A DNA stretch of 64,000 nt from Chara braunii (taxonomy: Eukaryota > Plantae > Charophyceae): contig BFEA01000007.1 in the NCBI GenBank assembly GCA_003427395.1, positions 2,140,641-2,204,640 on the forward strand, written 5' to 3'. The position numbers were made by a program, and so were the translations under genes. Shown in pieces: positions 1 through 12,988 of this stretch. Positions within the stretch are counted from its first letter, which is position 1. Each line of letters opens with the position of its first letter. Under the pieces are notes generated by a model. That model had not been told where the DNA came from, did no database searches, and saw nothing but the letters and a program-made list of their open reading frames with translations.

Positions 1-567
1 CAGAACGCGAATTTTGAATCTGCACGGGATTGCTACATGCGTCAAAGGGGAGTGTGAGCACTGAATTACTTCTAATGCGCTCCGCTGTCAAGGGTGTTTG
101 CAGATACAGATCAGCTATTCCGCCTGAAGGATGTTGCAGTCGGGATCCGGTTGGTTGACTATTCACGAAACTAGACAGTGTTTTATGTGAACAACAAGGA
201 GTTTCCTCAGTCACGTTGCCCTGGGAACTACCTGCTTATACACTACCAATCTCCACGGCAGATGCTCTGCATCTGGTACAAGTTAACAAAACACGGTATG
301 ATCAGATGGTAACTGTTATGGAACAGCCAAAATGCTGAGGGGTGTTGTTGTCAAGGAAGGATGATGTTCGATTGTTCCATGGGGGGGGATTGCTCTTCAN
401 GGGATGGNAGACTGATTCGCTTGGCTTTTAGTGGAATGATGGACTGCTGAAGTCTATACCTGACCCTTGCTAATAGATGGAGTACTGCAGCCTCGTGGGC
501 ATAAACCAGCAAGCTGTTCCAGGTCCAATCCTGGACTGCGCAGATCTCCATGTTGCGGTACCAACTG
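1..567 (-). mobile_element. Possible LTR-retrotransposon remnant (PBS-like site and start of a decayed gag-side region)
   Basis: Minus strand reads ...ACA-GT-TGGTACCGC at 567-555, resembling an LTR end followed by a PBS, then an ATG at 551. No protein domain was recognised downstream. Confidence 0.3.
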
Positions 568-665
568 TGTATGTGTGTGTGTATGTGTGTGTGTGAGTGA
601 GCAGAGAGAGAGAGAGAGAGAGAATCAAAGACAGAGAAAGAACAGAGCGAGAGAGAGAGAGAAAG
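566..665. repeat. Compound (TG)n/(AG)n microsatellite
   Basis: Seen directly. Confidence 0.9.
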
Positions 666-689
666 ATAAAATGAAGCGGCTCATCAAAG

Positions 690-927
690 GTTGACTGCTG
701 AAACTCGCTGCGGTGGGCACACGCTAATTTACCAGTTGACTGTCGAAATCCACCGGGGTGTGAACTTGGCTCATTGGTGTGGAATCTAGCGGGGTGGCTA
801 GTTGACTGTTTAAGTTAAAGTTCGCTGTTGTGCGAACTTGACTCATTACTCTACTTGACTCATCGCTGTGTGACCGAGTTGGTTCCCTAGTTGACTGTTA
901 AAACTCACTGCTGTGGGAACTTGCTAA
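690..927. repeat. Degenerate repeat, about 4 copies starting GTTGACTG
   Basis: gttgactg...aa(c/t)...gaacttg units near 690, 735, 801 and 890. Confidence 0.6.
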
Positions 928-1847
928 CGGTGCGTGACAGCCAACCGCAAACTCGATCCCTGCTGGTCGCTGAGGACCTCGGACGCGGGCGCGGCGAGTG
1001 ACAGGCCCCGTTGCCCTTGGCTTCAGCGACAAGCGGGCGCCCCTTCCCGGGTTTCCTCACAACGTGCAACGAGCCTTACACCGATTGACTGATCAAGAGG
1101 CTAGTTAAGGACCGCCCCCAAGTGTCCTCAGGAATTATTTAACGTCGCAAACAGGACGACGATCACAGCCAATGGTCTCCCCTGCCGATGTTTATTTATA
1201 AACGCCCAGTTCTCGTCTCCCACATAGGATTGGCCTGCCCCTCAGAACCCATCTAACAGCGCAGCAAGCAGAACAAAGGACAAGCAGCAAAGCATGCGTG
1301 CTCTACTCCCGGTGGGTTGGCATGGTGACCGTGACCGAGTGCTTCGTCCAGGGCCCTTCAGAAAGCTCCGCCCATCTTATCCCAAATGCTCCACGTGAAC
1401 ATTGCCGACTCTCAAGGTTGAGCGCACTCGACTCCTCACAATGAGAGGACTCTCAAGACAGAACACAGCACCTCACGGTAAGAAGTATCGAAGAGGGTAG
1501 ACAAGGTTAAGAGCAACGCACCTCAAACAGCTGCCCCCAACCACAAACATAATCTCACCAGATGACCTGACGCCGATTGTGATGACCAGTCATTGCTTCG
1601 GCACAACCAGCATTACACGCCGTTCCACCTCAGCACCTATCGCACATCAGATAGTTCTCATTACACTGTCCAAAACCCACATTACACCGCATAGCCTTCC
1701 TGGTGAACCCTCTCCACCAGGGTCGCCTACTCTTGCCTTCGCCCTCCTCACTACACACATCCCACGGCACGGTCGCTCACCGCACACACCGTGTGCATGT
1801 ACCGCATTAGGCAGAAGACAAGCGCCAGATTAGCGCACCGTACCACA

Positions 1848-2915
1848 GCTCCAATACCAAATTGCAAGGAAGACGAGCAATAGTGAACTTCAGCAATCAA
1901 ACAACATCATACACATGAGACCAGATAGTCGTGACCTCGAACCAAAAGCAGAATTGCATCACGAGTTTCACCAAATAAGAACACACCAAAAGCTCATAAT
2001 TGACAATGCTGGAATAGTCTCATCATCATCATCAACGAAGAACCAATGTTGATATCCTATCTGGCGCTCGACGCCCAGACTACAGATGGCAGATCCTATC
2101 TAGCCTGCTCTACAACGCCGATGATGACGTCAACAGCTCCCCGAAGTACGGGCAGATCTCGGCCAATGCCGCACGCTTCAAGCACCAGGTATGTCTCTCG
2201 TATCACTCACAAACCTCGTTCCCCAACTCACAGATGCCACTTGCACCCAAGGACCACCATGCGNNNNNNNNNGCGCCTTGATGCAGGTACCACGAAGATG
2301 GAGCTGGAGCGATGGCGCCACAGGTAAGTAACACTGGCCTCCGCCAGTCTCTCTCCCACTCNACGATCNACCACCTACCAGCGCCCAGCGCTGAAGACTA
2401 CAGCTACAGCTATGGCGCCCAGCGCCGAAGACTACAGCTAGNGCTACTACTACTGCCTAGCGCTGAANACTACTGCAGCNNTCCTCCTGAGTGCTGCGGC
2501 NGAANCCTGAAGACTACTCGTGCCTACTGAACACTACCCACCCGTGAAGTGCATGGGAACCTCCTATGTACTACGGGTGTGCCTNTTGAGCCTGCCGAAG
2601 GGAGGCAGGGGCTGCAGCTGCAGCTCCTGCTCGAGCACGTGAGGAACAGGCTATTTTGGGCCTGTTCCGCATCCCTGTTTCTGTGCCTGAGTCTTAGGGG
2701 CAGGTCGAAACAATGAGGGCCTGAAAATGGCCCTCCGTTTCAGGCTGAAAACTCTGGGTCTGAAAAGACCCAGAAATAGGCTGAAACGAGGTAGGGCCTG
2801 CAGGCCCTCGTTTTTCGGCATTCAGGCTGAAACGAACGGGGCCTGTAAGCCCTAAGTCTTAGGCTTTTAGGCTGAATGTCCGGGACGGGCCCTGCAGGGC
2901 CCGTGTGGCTACGCA
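1848..2915 (-). mobile_element. PBS (tRNA-iMet-like) plus LTR remnant, family B
   Basis: Minus strand TGCA-ATT-TGGTATTGGAGC (LTR edge at 1863, PBS 1859-1848), the same junction layout as at 11918-11933. 2055-2200 resembles 14480-14640 and 16395-16540. Distal end is uncertain. Confidence 0.55.
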
Positions 2916-5900
2916 GTATGCCACAAGCAATGTTGGCACTTCTATCATCTCTAGGTTTCAGCAAGAGTTTCAATGTTTGTGATTTTGTTCATTACTGTGC
3001 TAACACGTGAGTCTTTTATGGAAGGCAGGCTGGGTACGTCTGTATGTGTACCCATCAGCTAATCAACCTTGGGGTTGGCTATCTTGGTGAACTCCCTTCC
3101 ACATATTTGGTTGAGGACTGGTAGACATGCCGGACAAGAATTGCATTTACAATAAGCAGACATCACCCTCTTGATGGGTTTGAAATTTGAATGGGGTTTT
3201 CAACCTTCTTTATCTTTGCCCATGATACGTGACCCGTGACCAGTACTGACTACCACTGGATTGTTTACTACAGAACCATTAGTGGACTGCTGTCGTCACC
3301 CGAAAATAATGCCCGGGCGTTATGCTCAACTTACCCTTTACTCACTCTTTTTCCCCGAATATAATGCCCCTTCCCGGGCTACCAGCCCTGCCGCCTGGAT
3401 CACCTTTTTTTCCCGGATGGCCCGGCCGTGCAAGGGCCAAAAAAGGTCCCAGAAAAAAAAAACACGGACTCCACAGATGACAGCGCTTAGGGCTGCGCCC
3501 ACCCATCTGCGGTGACTACGGTAACTGTCGGCCCTACATAACCGACTCCACAGATGACAGCGCTTAGGGCTGCGCCGGCCCATTGTGACACAGGGAGTAT
3601 ACTCCTGCCCTGGCTAAGAATTCAGATTTGCTCAACTGACATTTGTGGTACCTCTGCTTCGAACAAGTGTATCAATAGCATGCTAGCAGCTCCAGCGGAT
3701 TCACCGGAATCCTTGCTCACACAAACGTGGCCTCCAGTAACTAGGTCAGACGACAATCCAACGGTTCAACTCATTACCGGCATCTGTTCGGCGTGCAATT
3801 CGGTGGATCATCGTCGCCGTGAGTCTCTGGTCAGGCTCTCCTTCCATATCGCCCCAGTGTCGAATGCTTCGTGATCAGTACATCGTTCTACGCGTTGCTT
3901 TTTGTTGGGACTGGTCGACCAAAAATCTATTGTGGTTTTTCGACTGACGTTGGCTTCTGTGTCAGTCGTCTTTTCAAAACTTTCATGGTTCCTCGTGCTC
4001 TCATTGGACTTTTGTAAGGATGCATCCTGTGTACGTTTTCGGAATCGCATTGCTGCGGTGTAACAGTTCGTCGCCAGGCCGATATGCCTTCTGTGCTTAT
4101 CCTAATTTCTTGCATTTGGCATGTATCATTTTTTCAGTGTGTAACTCACGTGTGTCATTTGCCATGCCTGTCCATCTATGTCAGCAAGTTTATCCCTCGT
4201 CACGGTTACCTGAATAACCATTGCTCTCGCCTCACTTCGTGCATATAAACGTCTCGTACAAGCGTCTACAAATTTCACGGTTTACATATGGGTGTGGAAC
4301 TTCCCGATCTATACACAGTATTACGCACGGGTGTCACATCAGATCCCCATGCCATGTCGAATGCCTCTCTCGTGTGTTTTCGCCTCATCGTCACTGCTTT
4401 TCCTTTGTTTTGAGGTGTGTTTGACATCTCGCTTTGCTCCGTGTGATGTCCATCTCATGTGTTTCCTTTGTTATGAGCTGTGTTTGACGTCTCGCTTTGC
4501 ATCTCGTGTTTTCGCCTCATCTGCCACTTGGACACACTAAACTGCTCTGGATACGGCAGACACAATGAGGTATATGGCGAAAGTCAGGCGAGGTAGAAAC
4601 GATGGCTTGGTTGTAGAGGGCAGACACACTGGTGTTGGACGTGGGAATATTGAGGCTGTTGAAGAAAGGGTGCGAGGGCAAGTTGAGGAGACAGAAGTTG
4701 TAACATATACAAACATACGTACAGAGAGTCAGAGAGAGAGGGAGAGAGAAAGAGAACAGACTGTGAATACCTACCTTCTCAGATCCAATTCGATACAAAC
4801 ACTTTTCTGAGTACTGCATTCCTGTTATGTGTTTTTTAACTTCATTTTTTGATCGAATTCACAGCTTGCACTTTAATCGATTGACAATTGACAAGCTGCC
4901 ACTATTTAAACCTCCTTCTCACCCTCCAATTGTTACAAACCATCCTGTCCACCATGTAAGCCTCAAGAGATGTCCGTACAACTTCCTCTCCTGCTGGGAA
5001 GGTTTTCACCTTCCGCAAATTCGCATGTTGCTTCCACCCGTGAAAGGAAAAAAAAACGTTTCCATATGTTTGACAAAGGTCCTCTGTGTTCCTCGACTTA
5101 CGCATCATTCTATTCCCAATTGTTTTCCCTCTACGCTGCACTCCATGCACCTGTTTCTCGCGGATCTTTTCTGATACTCGAAGCATATTCCTGTCGCCAA
5201 AGATACCGAAGTTTCTCTTCCCTAACCCTTTGAGCCGCGGGCAGACCAATCACTCTAACAGTACAAGATAGAAATAGGTAAATAGGTTTGGTGGTGTAAC
5301 AACCCTTCCACCGATGAGTCTGACAGAACAAAGTCCTACTGCATTTCCGGCACGGTCAAGTCAATGATGAGACCTCACCGCTGCTTCCCTTGATAATATT
5401 GGTGGGAGAAAAAGAAAAACGCCTGCGCATTGGGGCCTGAGCGGTGGAGTCACGGCATACTCAGCTGAGCAATTTGCTGGGTTCATCTCCCCTCTATTAC
5501 AGACCAGCCTGGATCGACGGTGCTCCGATTGCATCCGCAGCTAACTTAAAAAGTCCCCATGACGACTTCCCTGGACACGTCTGCCCTTTTTCTTAAGGCC
5601 CGAGCTGGATGCGCCCGTCCGGATTTATGACCGCAGGTGTGGCTCTTTCTGCACGACTCGCCAAAAATGTGAAATCGAAATGAATCTTCCACTACAAGGT
5701 CCGAAGATGCGCTGCCGTATCTTTTTTTCTGTGAATTTGGTGAGTAGTGTGGTGAGTCCTGTGCCGTGCAGAAACAAAGGGGAACATTCAGCCCCTGGAT
5801 CGCCAGTGGCCCTGTTTCTCTTGATGAGTCGTAATCAATGTCGTTTTTCAGACTTTTCTCACTATGGACACGTCAGACCTTATGCTGCTGTCTCCTCCAC

Positions 5901-5944
5901 CGTCAGCTGCTCACGACCCTCTTCTCGACGGGATGCTACTCTCG

Positions 5945-6295
5945 TTGAGTTCCAACTCAACTCTACACTACTCTGTACGCTATAACCTGCAGTACTCTCC
6001 AAACTGTAACTCTACTCTACTCTGCTCTCTACCCTCTACTCCTGACATCTCTTTTCTTTGCTGTCTGCTCTCTACTGTACTGTACACTGTGTCTACACTT
6101 AACGCTGTCTACTCTGATCTACTCTACTCTCTACTCTCTACTCTCTACTCTCTATTTCACTCTATTGTACTCTACTGAGTCTACTGAGTCTACTCTATAT
6201 TCCACTCCACTCTCTGCTGAGTCTACTCTTCTCTTGCTGTACTCTTTATCTCTACTTTCAGCGACTCTCTATTGTCAGCTACTCTCAGCTCTCGT
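5945..6295. repeat. Low-complexity CTCTACT-type repeat
   Basis: Many ctact/ctctact units. Confidence 0.8.
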
Positions 6296-7070
6296 ACCTA
6301 TTGAATGGAATAACTCGGCCTAACCCTTTCTGTCGCGGGCAGAGCTGCACTGGCTAATCTTGTTGTCATTATAGTATTATGGGGAACCCCGTAGCAGCGA
6401 CATCCGTGCCCGAGCCTCCAACGAGGGAACATGCGGGAGCTGCACCCACCAGCAGGTGCAATACCTGCTACAGCAGGTGGGCGATATGGGTCACGGCGGT
6501 CAGGGGTCAGCTGATAGCATCAGGACCGAGCTTCTTCGATGGGTCAGTCACTGTGCGTCCCCTCCGGTCCCCTCTCCCTATGAACATCAGCAGGCTCTGC
6601 TCAATGCCCACTCGGGGAGACCAACGGCATATCTCTAGGTGGTGGGCGCCAAGCTTGCCCAGGAAGGTACACGAGGCCAATGGGGACTGAACCGAAGACC
6701 TCCTGAATGCCACTTGCGTGCCTTCCCAACTGAGCTAGGCCGCTGGATCGGACCCATTGTTCACTGCGGTAGTTCACCGACTACCGCTGGATTATTTATT
6801 AGTTTATGATTGATCTTTGTAATGATTTTGTGTCCCTGGAACCATTGGCGATATTACCTTGACAGATCAGCAACATATGGTTGGTTTTTTGTGTCACCCA
6901 ACTTTGAATACGTTGGGAATTCACTGTTCAGGGTCTCCTGAAATCCAGCGCTGAATGCATCCGAAATATTGACCAAGAGCTGATTTCAGAATGCACCTTA
7001 CATCCTGCACTGGTAATGCGCAGTTAGCTATGTTTGGATGTTTCTCGCTATGCTCATGTGGACCTAATTT

Positions 7071-7071
<1 letters not shown>

Positions 7072-7154
<83 letters not shown>

Positions 7155-7407
7155 AGAGAGACTGTGTGTGTGTGTGTGTGTGTGTGCGCGGCGCTCAGAC
7201 ACACACGCGCACACACACGCGCACACACACACTCAATTGCCCGGGGAAGAAGGGTTCCCATCGCAAGTTTTCTGACGGAGTCGGGATCCGGGTGGCTTCG
7301 GTGGAAAAGGGAACCGGGATGAAAGGAAAGGAGACATCAAGATCAAGGAGAGGAAGACATTCGCAGACACAGAGAGAGAGAGAGAGAGAGAGAGGAAGAC
7401 AGAGAGA

Positions 7408-7479
<72 letters not shown>

Positions 7480-7991
7480 GAGGGGTCCGATGAACTCCCC
7501 ATTGGAGACGGAAGGTTCAGAGAGAGTCGGGATCGAGAAAGGAGGGAAAGGGAGGAGGAGCATCGCAGGGGTGGAAGTATCCTCGGGATCACACGGAATC
7601 GGCATGAAATTCAATCACTTTTTTTTTTTTCTTTTTTTTTTTCCCTGCTGTGTGAATTAAAATACTGATGGCTGTCAACTTTCAAACTGGCTCAATTCTG
7701 TTTGCCTTTTTTACATGTCTCTGGTGTGTTTGCATATAAATGCATCGCGTTTTCTTTTTCTTTTTTTTCTTTTTTTTGCCGTTTCGTCGGCTGGATTCAA
7801 GGATAATGTCAGGATGTCGGGCCTAACGGGGGGAGTCGGGATTGATTGGGACGGGGTTGGCGTCGGGACAAGTGAAGGGAGTCGGGGAGGGGAGCGGGAC
7901 TCGAGATCGAGACTAAGGGGGGGAGTCGGGATTGGAGGGAGAGGAGGGATAGGGGAGGAAGAACGATGAACATCGGGGAGAGGGAGATGTT

Positions 7992-8051
<60 letters not shown>
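7072..8051. repeat. Cluster of (AG)n, (TG)n and (AC)n microsatellites with interspersed GAGTCGGG motifs
   Basis: Runs at about 7072-7231, 7371-7476 and 7994-8051. Confidence 0.85.
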
Positions 8052-8056
<5 letters not shown>

Positions 8057-8136
8057 CACTATAAGTTCTCAACTTCCACTTCTCCTTTCCCTCGCTCTCC
8101 CAACTCCACTGCAGGCGCAGCCGCGGCGAGTCCCCT

Positions 8137-10740
8137 TGTTTTCTTAATTCCTCAAGTTCTCTAGCAGACATTCGGTAGATAGGACCCTTGGGAATCTTAC
8201 TACCAAGAATAATCTCAATGGTGTGTTTAATTGCATGCTCAATTATTCCTGTTGGTTCAGTTTGTAGATCTTTATACTCATCTAAGAGTTTTTCAATCGA
8301 AGAAGGGCAGGAAGTAGAGCATTCTCCTACTTTCTCCACTAAGACCATTATTACTTCCTATTCCAGTTTCTTCTTTGAAACCATTGAACGAAATGTTGGA
8401 TAACTCGTACAACAGAAAGAGAGACTAGAGTCAGAGCCAGACTTATGAAACAATTTGATTGGTTTCAAATCAGATTGTGCGTCACGCAATTGCACAATTT
8501 TTTCTTTGAACTTGATATCTGGGTTGGCTTCCTCGTGCCAGTCCATTCCCATAATCAAGTCAAAGGGTAAATTCTTTTCTACAAGGAGGGATATCTCGTG
8601 AAGAATCTTCTTCCCTTCCTTAGTGCGAAATCGAGATTTGACACGACCAACACATTGTGAGATAGTGATTATGCATCTGTCAGCGAGAATAGACGTGATA
8701 GGTCGAGACAAATCTTTTACCTTCATTCCGAGATGCAACTTGTGAATTGCCTTCTCGTATATGTAGGATCACGTTAATCCTGAGTCCAACAGTGCACCTA
8801 CACTTGTATGTGCAATTTCTACATCCGCGAATAGTAGGTCACCCTTAGACTTCGATTTCTTAGCCCACGAGCTTCGTAATGCTAGCAACTCGTTACCAAG
8901 CTCGTCAAGAGAGTCGTCCAGATAGACAGTACATAAGACAGGTTCAGGGTGTTCCAGACGATGGGCCGAAGAGGAACCATCCTTTGCCATACGAGTCAAA
9001 AGGTTGGAAGGGTTAGTAGGTGTCTTACCTTCATCTTGATCCAAACCCTTAGACTCAGTAGGAGCAGATGTTACTCCTACTGGCGGCTCGGTTCTGGGTT
9101 ACGTATAAGTGGGCACCATGCAATCACATGCCCTGCGGTACCACACTTCAAACATTGTGCATTACCCATTCTTTCCGGCCACGTTTCCTGTGGCAGGCCC
9201 ATCTTTTCCCATGGCCTCCCGACCACAATCACGGGATGCTCTGGGAATGAGCGTGGCTTCTTCTTCTTTACTAGCGGTCGTGGTCCTCCCTTGTTGACCA
9301 CATCACTAGTGACTTCCCCCTTTCCGGAATCACTACTGCTCGCCTCACCCTCGACCTCCAATGACCACTTCTCCATAGTATCATCGTCAAAGACGACGAG
9401 GGTGTGGTCATGGCGCTTTTGGCACCAAAGTATCCGCTTTCCTGCACTTGCACCACGACCAACTTCACAACAGACACATACGAATTCTTAACTTGAGAAG
9501 TTATTTACTCTCGTTGGAGAGCAAGATCTTGAAACTACCTATAATTGTACTTGCTTGACTTAGACTCTGCCACAAGTTGTCCACGGATGGGCTCGGGCAG
9601 AGCACGGGAATATATGTACAAGACTTAGTTGTCTTGCAGGTTCAATCCAGGAACCTGCAGCAAGCGGTCAACTTCCCGAATAAAGCTTCTATCGAGGTCC
9701 AATGTTTTTGACTAATGGTAGTGAGGTGGTCAAAGGCCTTGTCGGTCGTTGTCTTATCCAGGAAGCGTGCCTTGATCTTGCCAAGGAACTGCTTCAGATT
9801 CAAGGTTGTAGCCCACTCCCCAATGTCATCGAACCCCGCTGCATTGGCTCCGACCAATACCCATTCCTTGCTTCCTCCCCGAGACAAGACGTAGAGAAAG
9901 CAACCTGGGACTCGTGTTCAACAGGGGCCGTACTGCAATACGTCTTATCTTCGGCAATCCACAACAATAAATTTTCATTTTTTTTGTTGCAGAATGTGAA
10001 AGGCAGTTTTATCTTTACCTTTTCTTTCTTTTTTGGTTTCTCCAGATCCGCACTTACCTTGAGCGACGACTTTCGAGAATCAGGAGACTTTGGAGGTGGA
10101 GAGGGAGGAGGAGAGCTCGGTGGAGAAGACGGCGGACTCGAAGGTTCTCCTCCATTAGACGACTTGTTATCTTTAGGAACAGCGGACTTCATTGCGTCAC
10201 TCGTCAATTTCTTCTCTTCTTTCTTATCTTCCTTACCTTCTTCTTCTTTACCTTCTACCGGATCCTTCCCTTTCACAATATTTGTGACGGTTCGTAATCC
10301 TACAACAATATAGTGTTATGTTCCTCTGTTCCTTACCTTCTGTTCCTATTACCTGTCTGATTTCCTTGACCTTCTCTTCTCGTCTCAGTTCCTGTTCGTG
10401 TTTCCGGGCTAGTTCTTCTTTCTTCCTTTCTTCTGCGGCCAGCGCCTCTCTTAATTGCTGGATGTTCGCGTCAATCTTAGCCTCGATCACTTCTGGTCTG
10501 ATTTACCCTTTCCTAGACAACTCCATGACTTCTTCCAGCTGCTTGATAGCAAACTGGTCCAACGCCTGCTGGCACTGGGCCATCATTTTAGATGCTTTGG
10601 CCCCGGCAGCCACAACTTCCGCGGCCGGAATTGCTTGCTTCAGACGGTTCTCTACTGTCTGCAAATCAATCAGATTATGAACGTGTCGTTCGGCATCCGG
10701 TCCGGACAGACGCAAATCATTCAATAGTTGGTTCCATAGA
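8137..10740 (-). pseudogene. Disrupted gag-pol of the Gypsy element
   Basis: ORF fragments 10503-10724, 10248-10490, 9800-10276, 9642-9887, 9077-9376, 8769-9044, 8358-8738 and part of 7809-8348 read in order as gag, CCHC, PR, RT. Confidence 0.85.
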
Positions 10741-11932
10741 GCCAGTAACTCTTATTTCTTCGTCTCCGCCTGATTCCTAGTCTTGGGATCAGAGGATCCT
10801 TCGCCCTCAAAGAACGTCATCGGGAAAATAAGCAAAGAGTATTTTCCACATGCTAAACATCTTGGAGGTCAGGTTTGAGGAAATATTTGCAATAATGTGA
10901 TCACAAAAATAAAGAGAAATAACAAAAAGGAACAGATTTCTACTTATACTAATTGCTGTTCTTTTGTTTGTGTGATGACATCCTATTCGAGAGTGTATAG
11001 GTACCACGCCAGGCCCGTGTGATCAGATACAACACACAAGTACGCACAACACCACAACACAGCAAACGACAAGGTAAGTATGCCAACAACAACAACAAAC
11101 AATTTGTCAGCACCCTTCTTCTTTCTGTTGAGTCAATCCAGGTGTCAATTGCGATGATGCACCCTCCTTGACAGCTGGCACTATAGCTGTCTTGTCAGTC
11201 GTTCAATCAGCCGTACCACCGTCGTCTTCTGAGTGCTTCTCTTACTTGGCAGCCACCTGCCTGCCACGTGTCATCCCTAGTGTGCTACCATAGCAGATCC
11301 TGCCACGTCAGCACTGGTGTCCAGCCAATCAATAAAGGGATGCTACGTCAGCAATTGTGTGCCCCGTCCTTCCCACGTGCCACTTCCACACGTCGTGTCG
11401 TGATACCGTCGCCGTTCCAGCCAATTGGATAATGCCACGTCAGCCAATGGAGACCAATGCCACGTCAGCAAGAAGTCAACACCTCAAGAAGACAGGTGTG
11501 ACTTCTCCCCTGCCACGTCAGTAATCAGTCCTGACTTTCCCAAAGGCCACATCAGCTTTTGTAAGAGACCTGGTCCCGCATAAGCTGCTAATGCAGCGTG
11601 AGAGTGCCACGTCAGCAATCACCAACAACCAGGTCTTCAGACGCGGCACATGATATGCCACATCAGCAAGGGATCGCGATGCCACTTCACTATCGCGATC
11701 CAGGCTGGCGCACGATAACTCTCGGCCGCGGTCCCTACTGCCACATCAGTAGCCACATCAGGATCTTCTCTCGCCAGTGAAGTCTCTACCACGTCAGTAA
11801 CTCCGGCGGTAACTTCTTGTCAAGTCATCACTACCTCAGCACACGTGTGCATGCCCACTTACTTGTGCGCCACCTGGCGCGTGCGCACGTGTGACTGTCG
11901 TCGTCGTCAGGAGAACTGCTCCGATACCAAAT

Positions 11933-12988
11933 TGCAATGACCCAGATCGTGAAGACAGTTGTCAACAATGCAAGTCCAAACGAATGTCAACCAGCTGATG
12001 ATTATCAATAATCGTATTCGTGTCCAGATACCCAAGAGAAGAGAAGACATACACAGACGAGGTAGATGAGAGGGAGGAAAGACTCAGAATGGGGAAGATA
12101 GAAACAATGCTCACTGCTTCTTCAGGCTCCCTCCGTAATCACCACCTCAATAATCAATACTAGAAACGAGTATCTGAAGTAACCTCAATGTGCCACGTGG
12201 CACGTCTAGTCAGTCCCTCATCAATGTTGGAGCAATGTCGACATGAAGACAACCAGGTAAGTATCCATGATCTCTCCACAGTCCTGACCTCCTCCTAAAT
12301 GACGATAATCAGAACAGCAACATAAGTCGCATAGCTTCGCCTCGTCAACATAGTAGTACGCGTGGCAGCACCCACACTAGCCACCGGTAGTACACGTGGC
12401 GACAGCCACGTCAGCGACAGTGCATGGCAGCTGCCACGTCAACATATCAAGAAGACAGGTGCAAGCCAGCCACCATGCCAGACCAGCAGCACGTCGCTGT
12501 AGACACAATGCCAGCACAAAGCCAGCGCTCAACCAGCTTAGCAGTGTCGAGCCAGAATCGTCGTCAACGCGTGAAGTCAGCATCGACGTAAGACAGAATG
12601 AATGTCAAAGCCAGGAAAGTCAGCGCTTATGTAGCGTTGACTCGGGGTCTGGGCCCCGGATGCTACCACCCTCAGCCGTCCAGATCTCGATGCAAACTAA
12701 GACCCAGATTGGTCTGAGACCGAATTCCCTCCGGAATGGATGCTTGTCTGGTTACCTGCGCACAACAAGTGAGTGTATCCAACCAAGGGCCTGGATGCGG
12801 TACCTTTGACTCTACAGTTGACTTTGACCCTTGAATTTCCTGTGTGCAGCGTTAGGTCACACAGCCAAACATGACAGACTCAGGCCTGGGCGTGTCTTGG
12901 TCACACAGCCCAGCGCAGACCAACTCAGGTCTGCGTGGCCTGGGGCCGAGTTCTGGGCCCCAGGCTACTTCTGAACAGGGTTACTACA
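11933..12988 (-). repeat. 5' LTR (family A), 1056 bp
   Basis: TG...CA termini with short inverted ends, adjacent PBS, and colinear similarity to 13112-14386. Confidence 0.85.

Larger units (their letters stand above)
8137..12988 (-). mobile_element. Ty3/Gypsy LTR retrotransposon, 3'-truncated and decayed (5' LTR, PBS, gag, protease, start of RT)
   Basis: LTR 11933-12988 (TGCAATGACCC...GGGTTACTACA); PBS TGGTATCGGAGC at 11929-11918; gag zinc knuckle CLKCGTAGHVIAWC (about 9110-9155); protease ALLDSG (about 8778-8795); RT N-terminus IKHTIEI...PIYRMSARELEELRKQ, broken at about 8137. Many stops and frameshifts. Confidence 0.9.

Noticed and set aside
5222-6342. Two CTAA-CCCTTT...CGCGGGCAG motifs resembling piggyBac ends
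   Set aside because: Both are in the same orientation, the site is not TTAA, and no opposite end or transposase was found.
6921-7614. Long ORFs rich in ER, SL, CV and HT repeats (also near 29000-29500, 32000-32460 and 54700-55000)
   Set aside because: They are translations of dinucleotide microsatellites.
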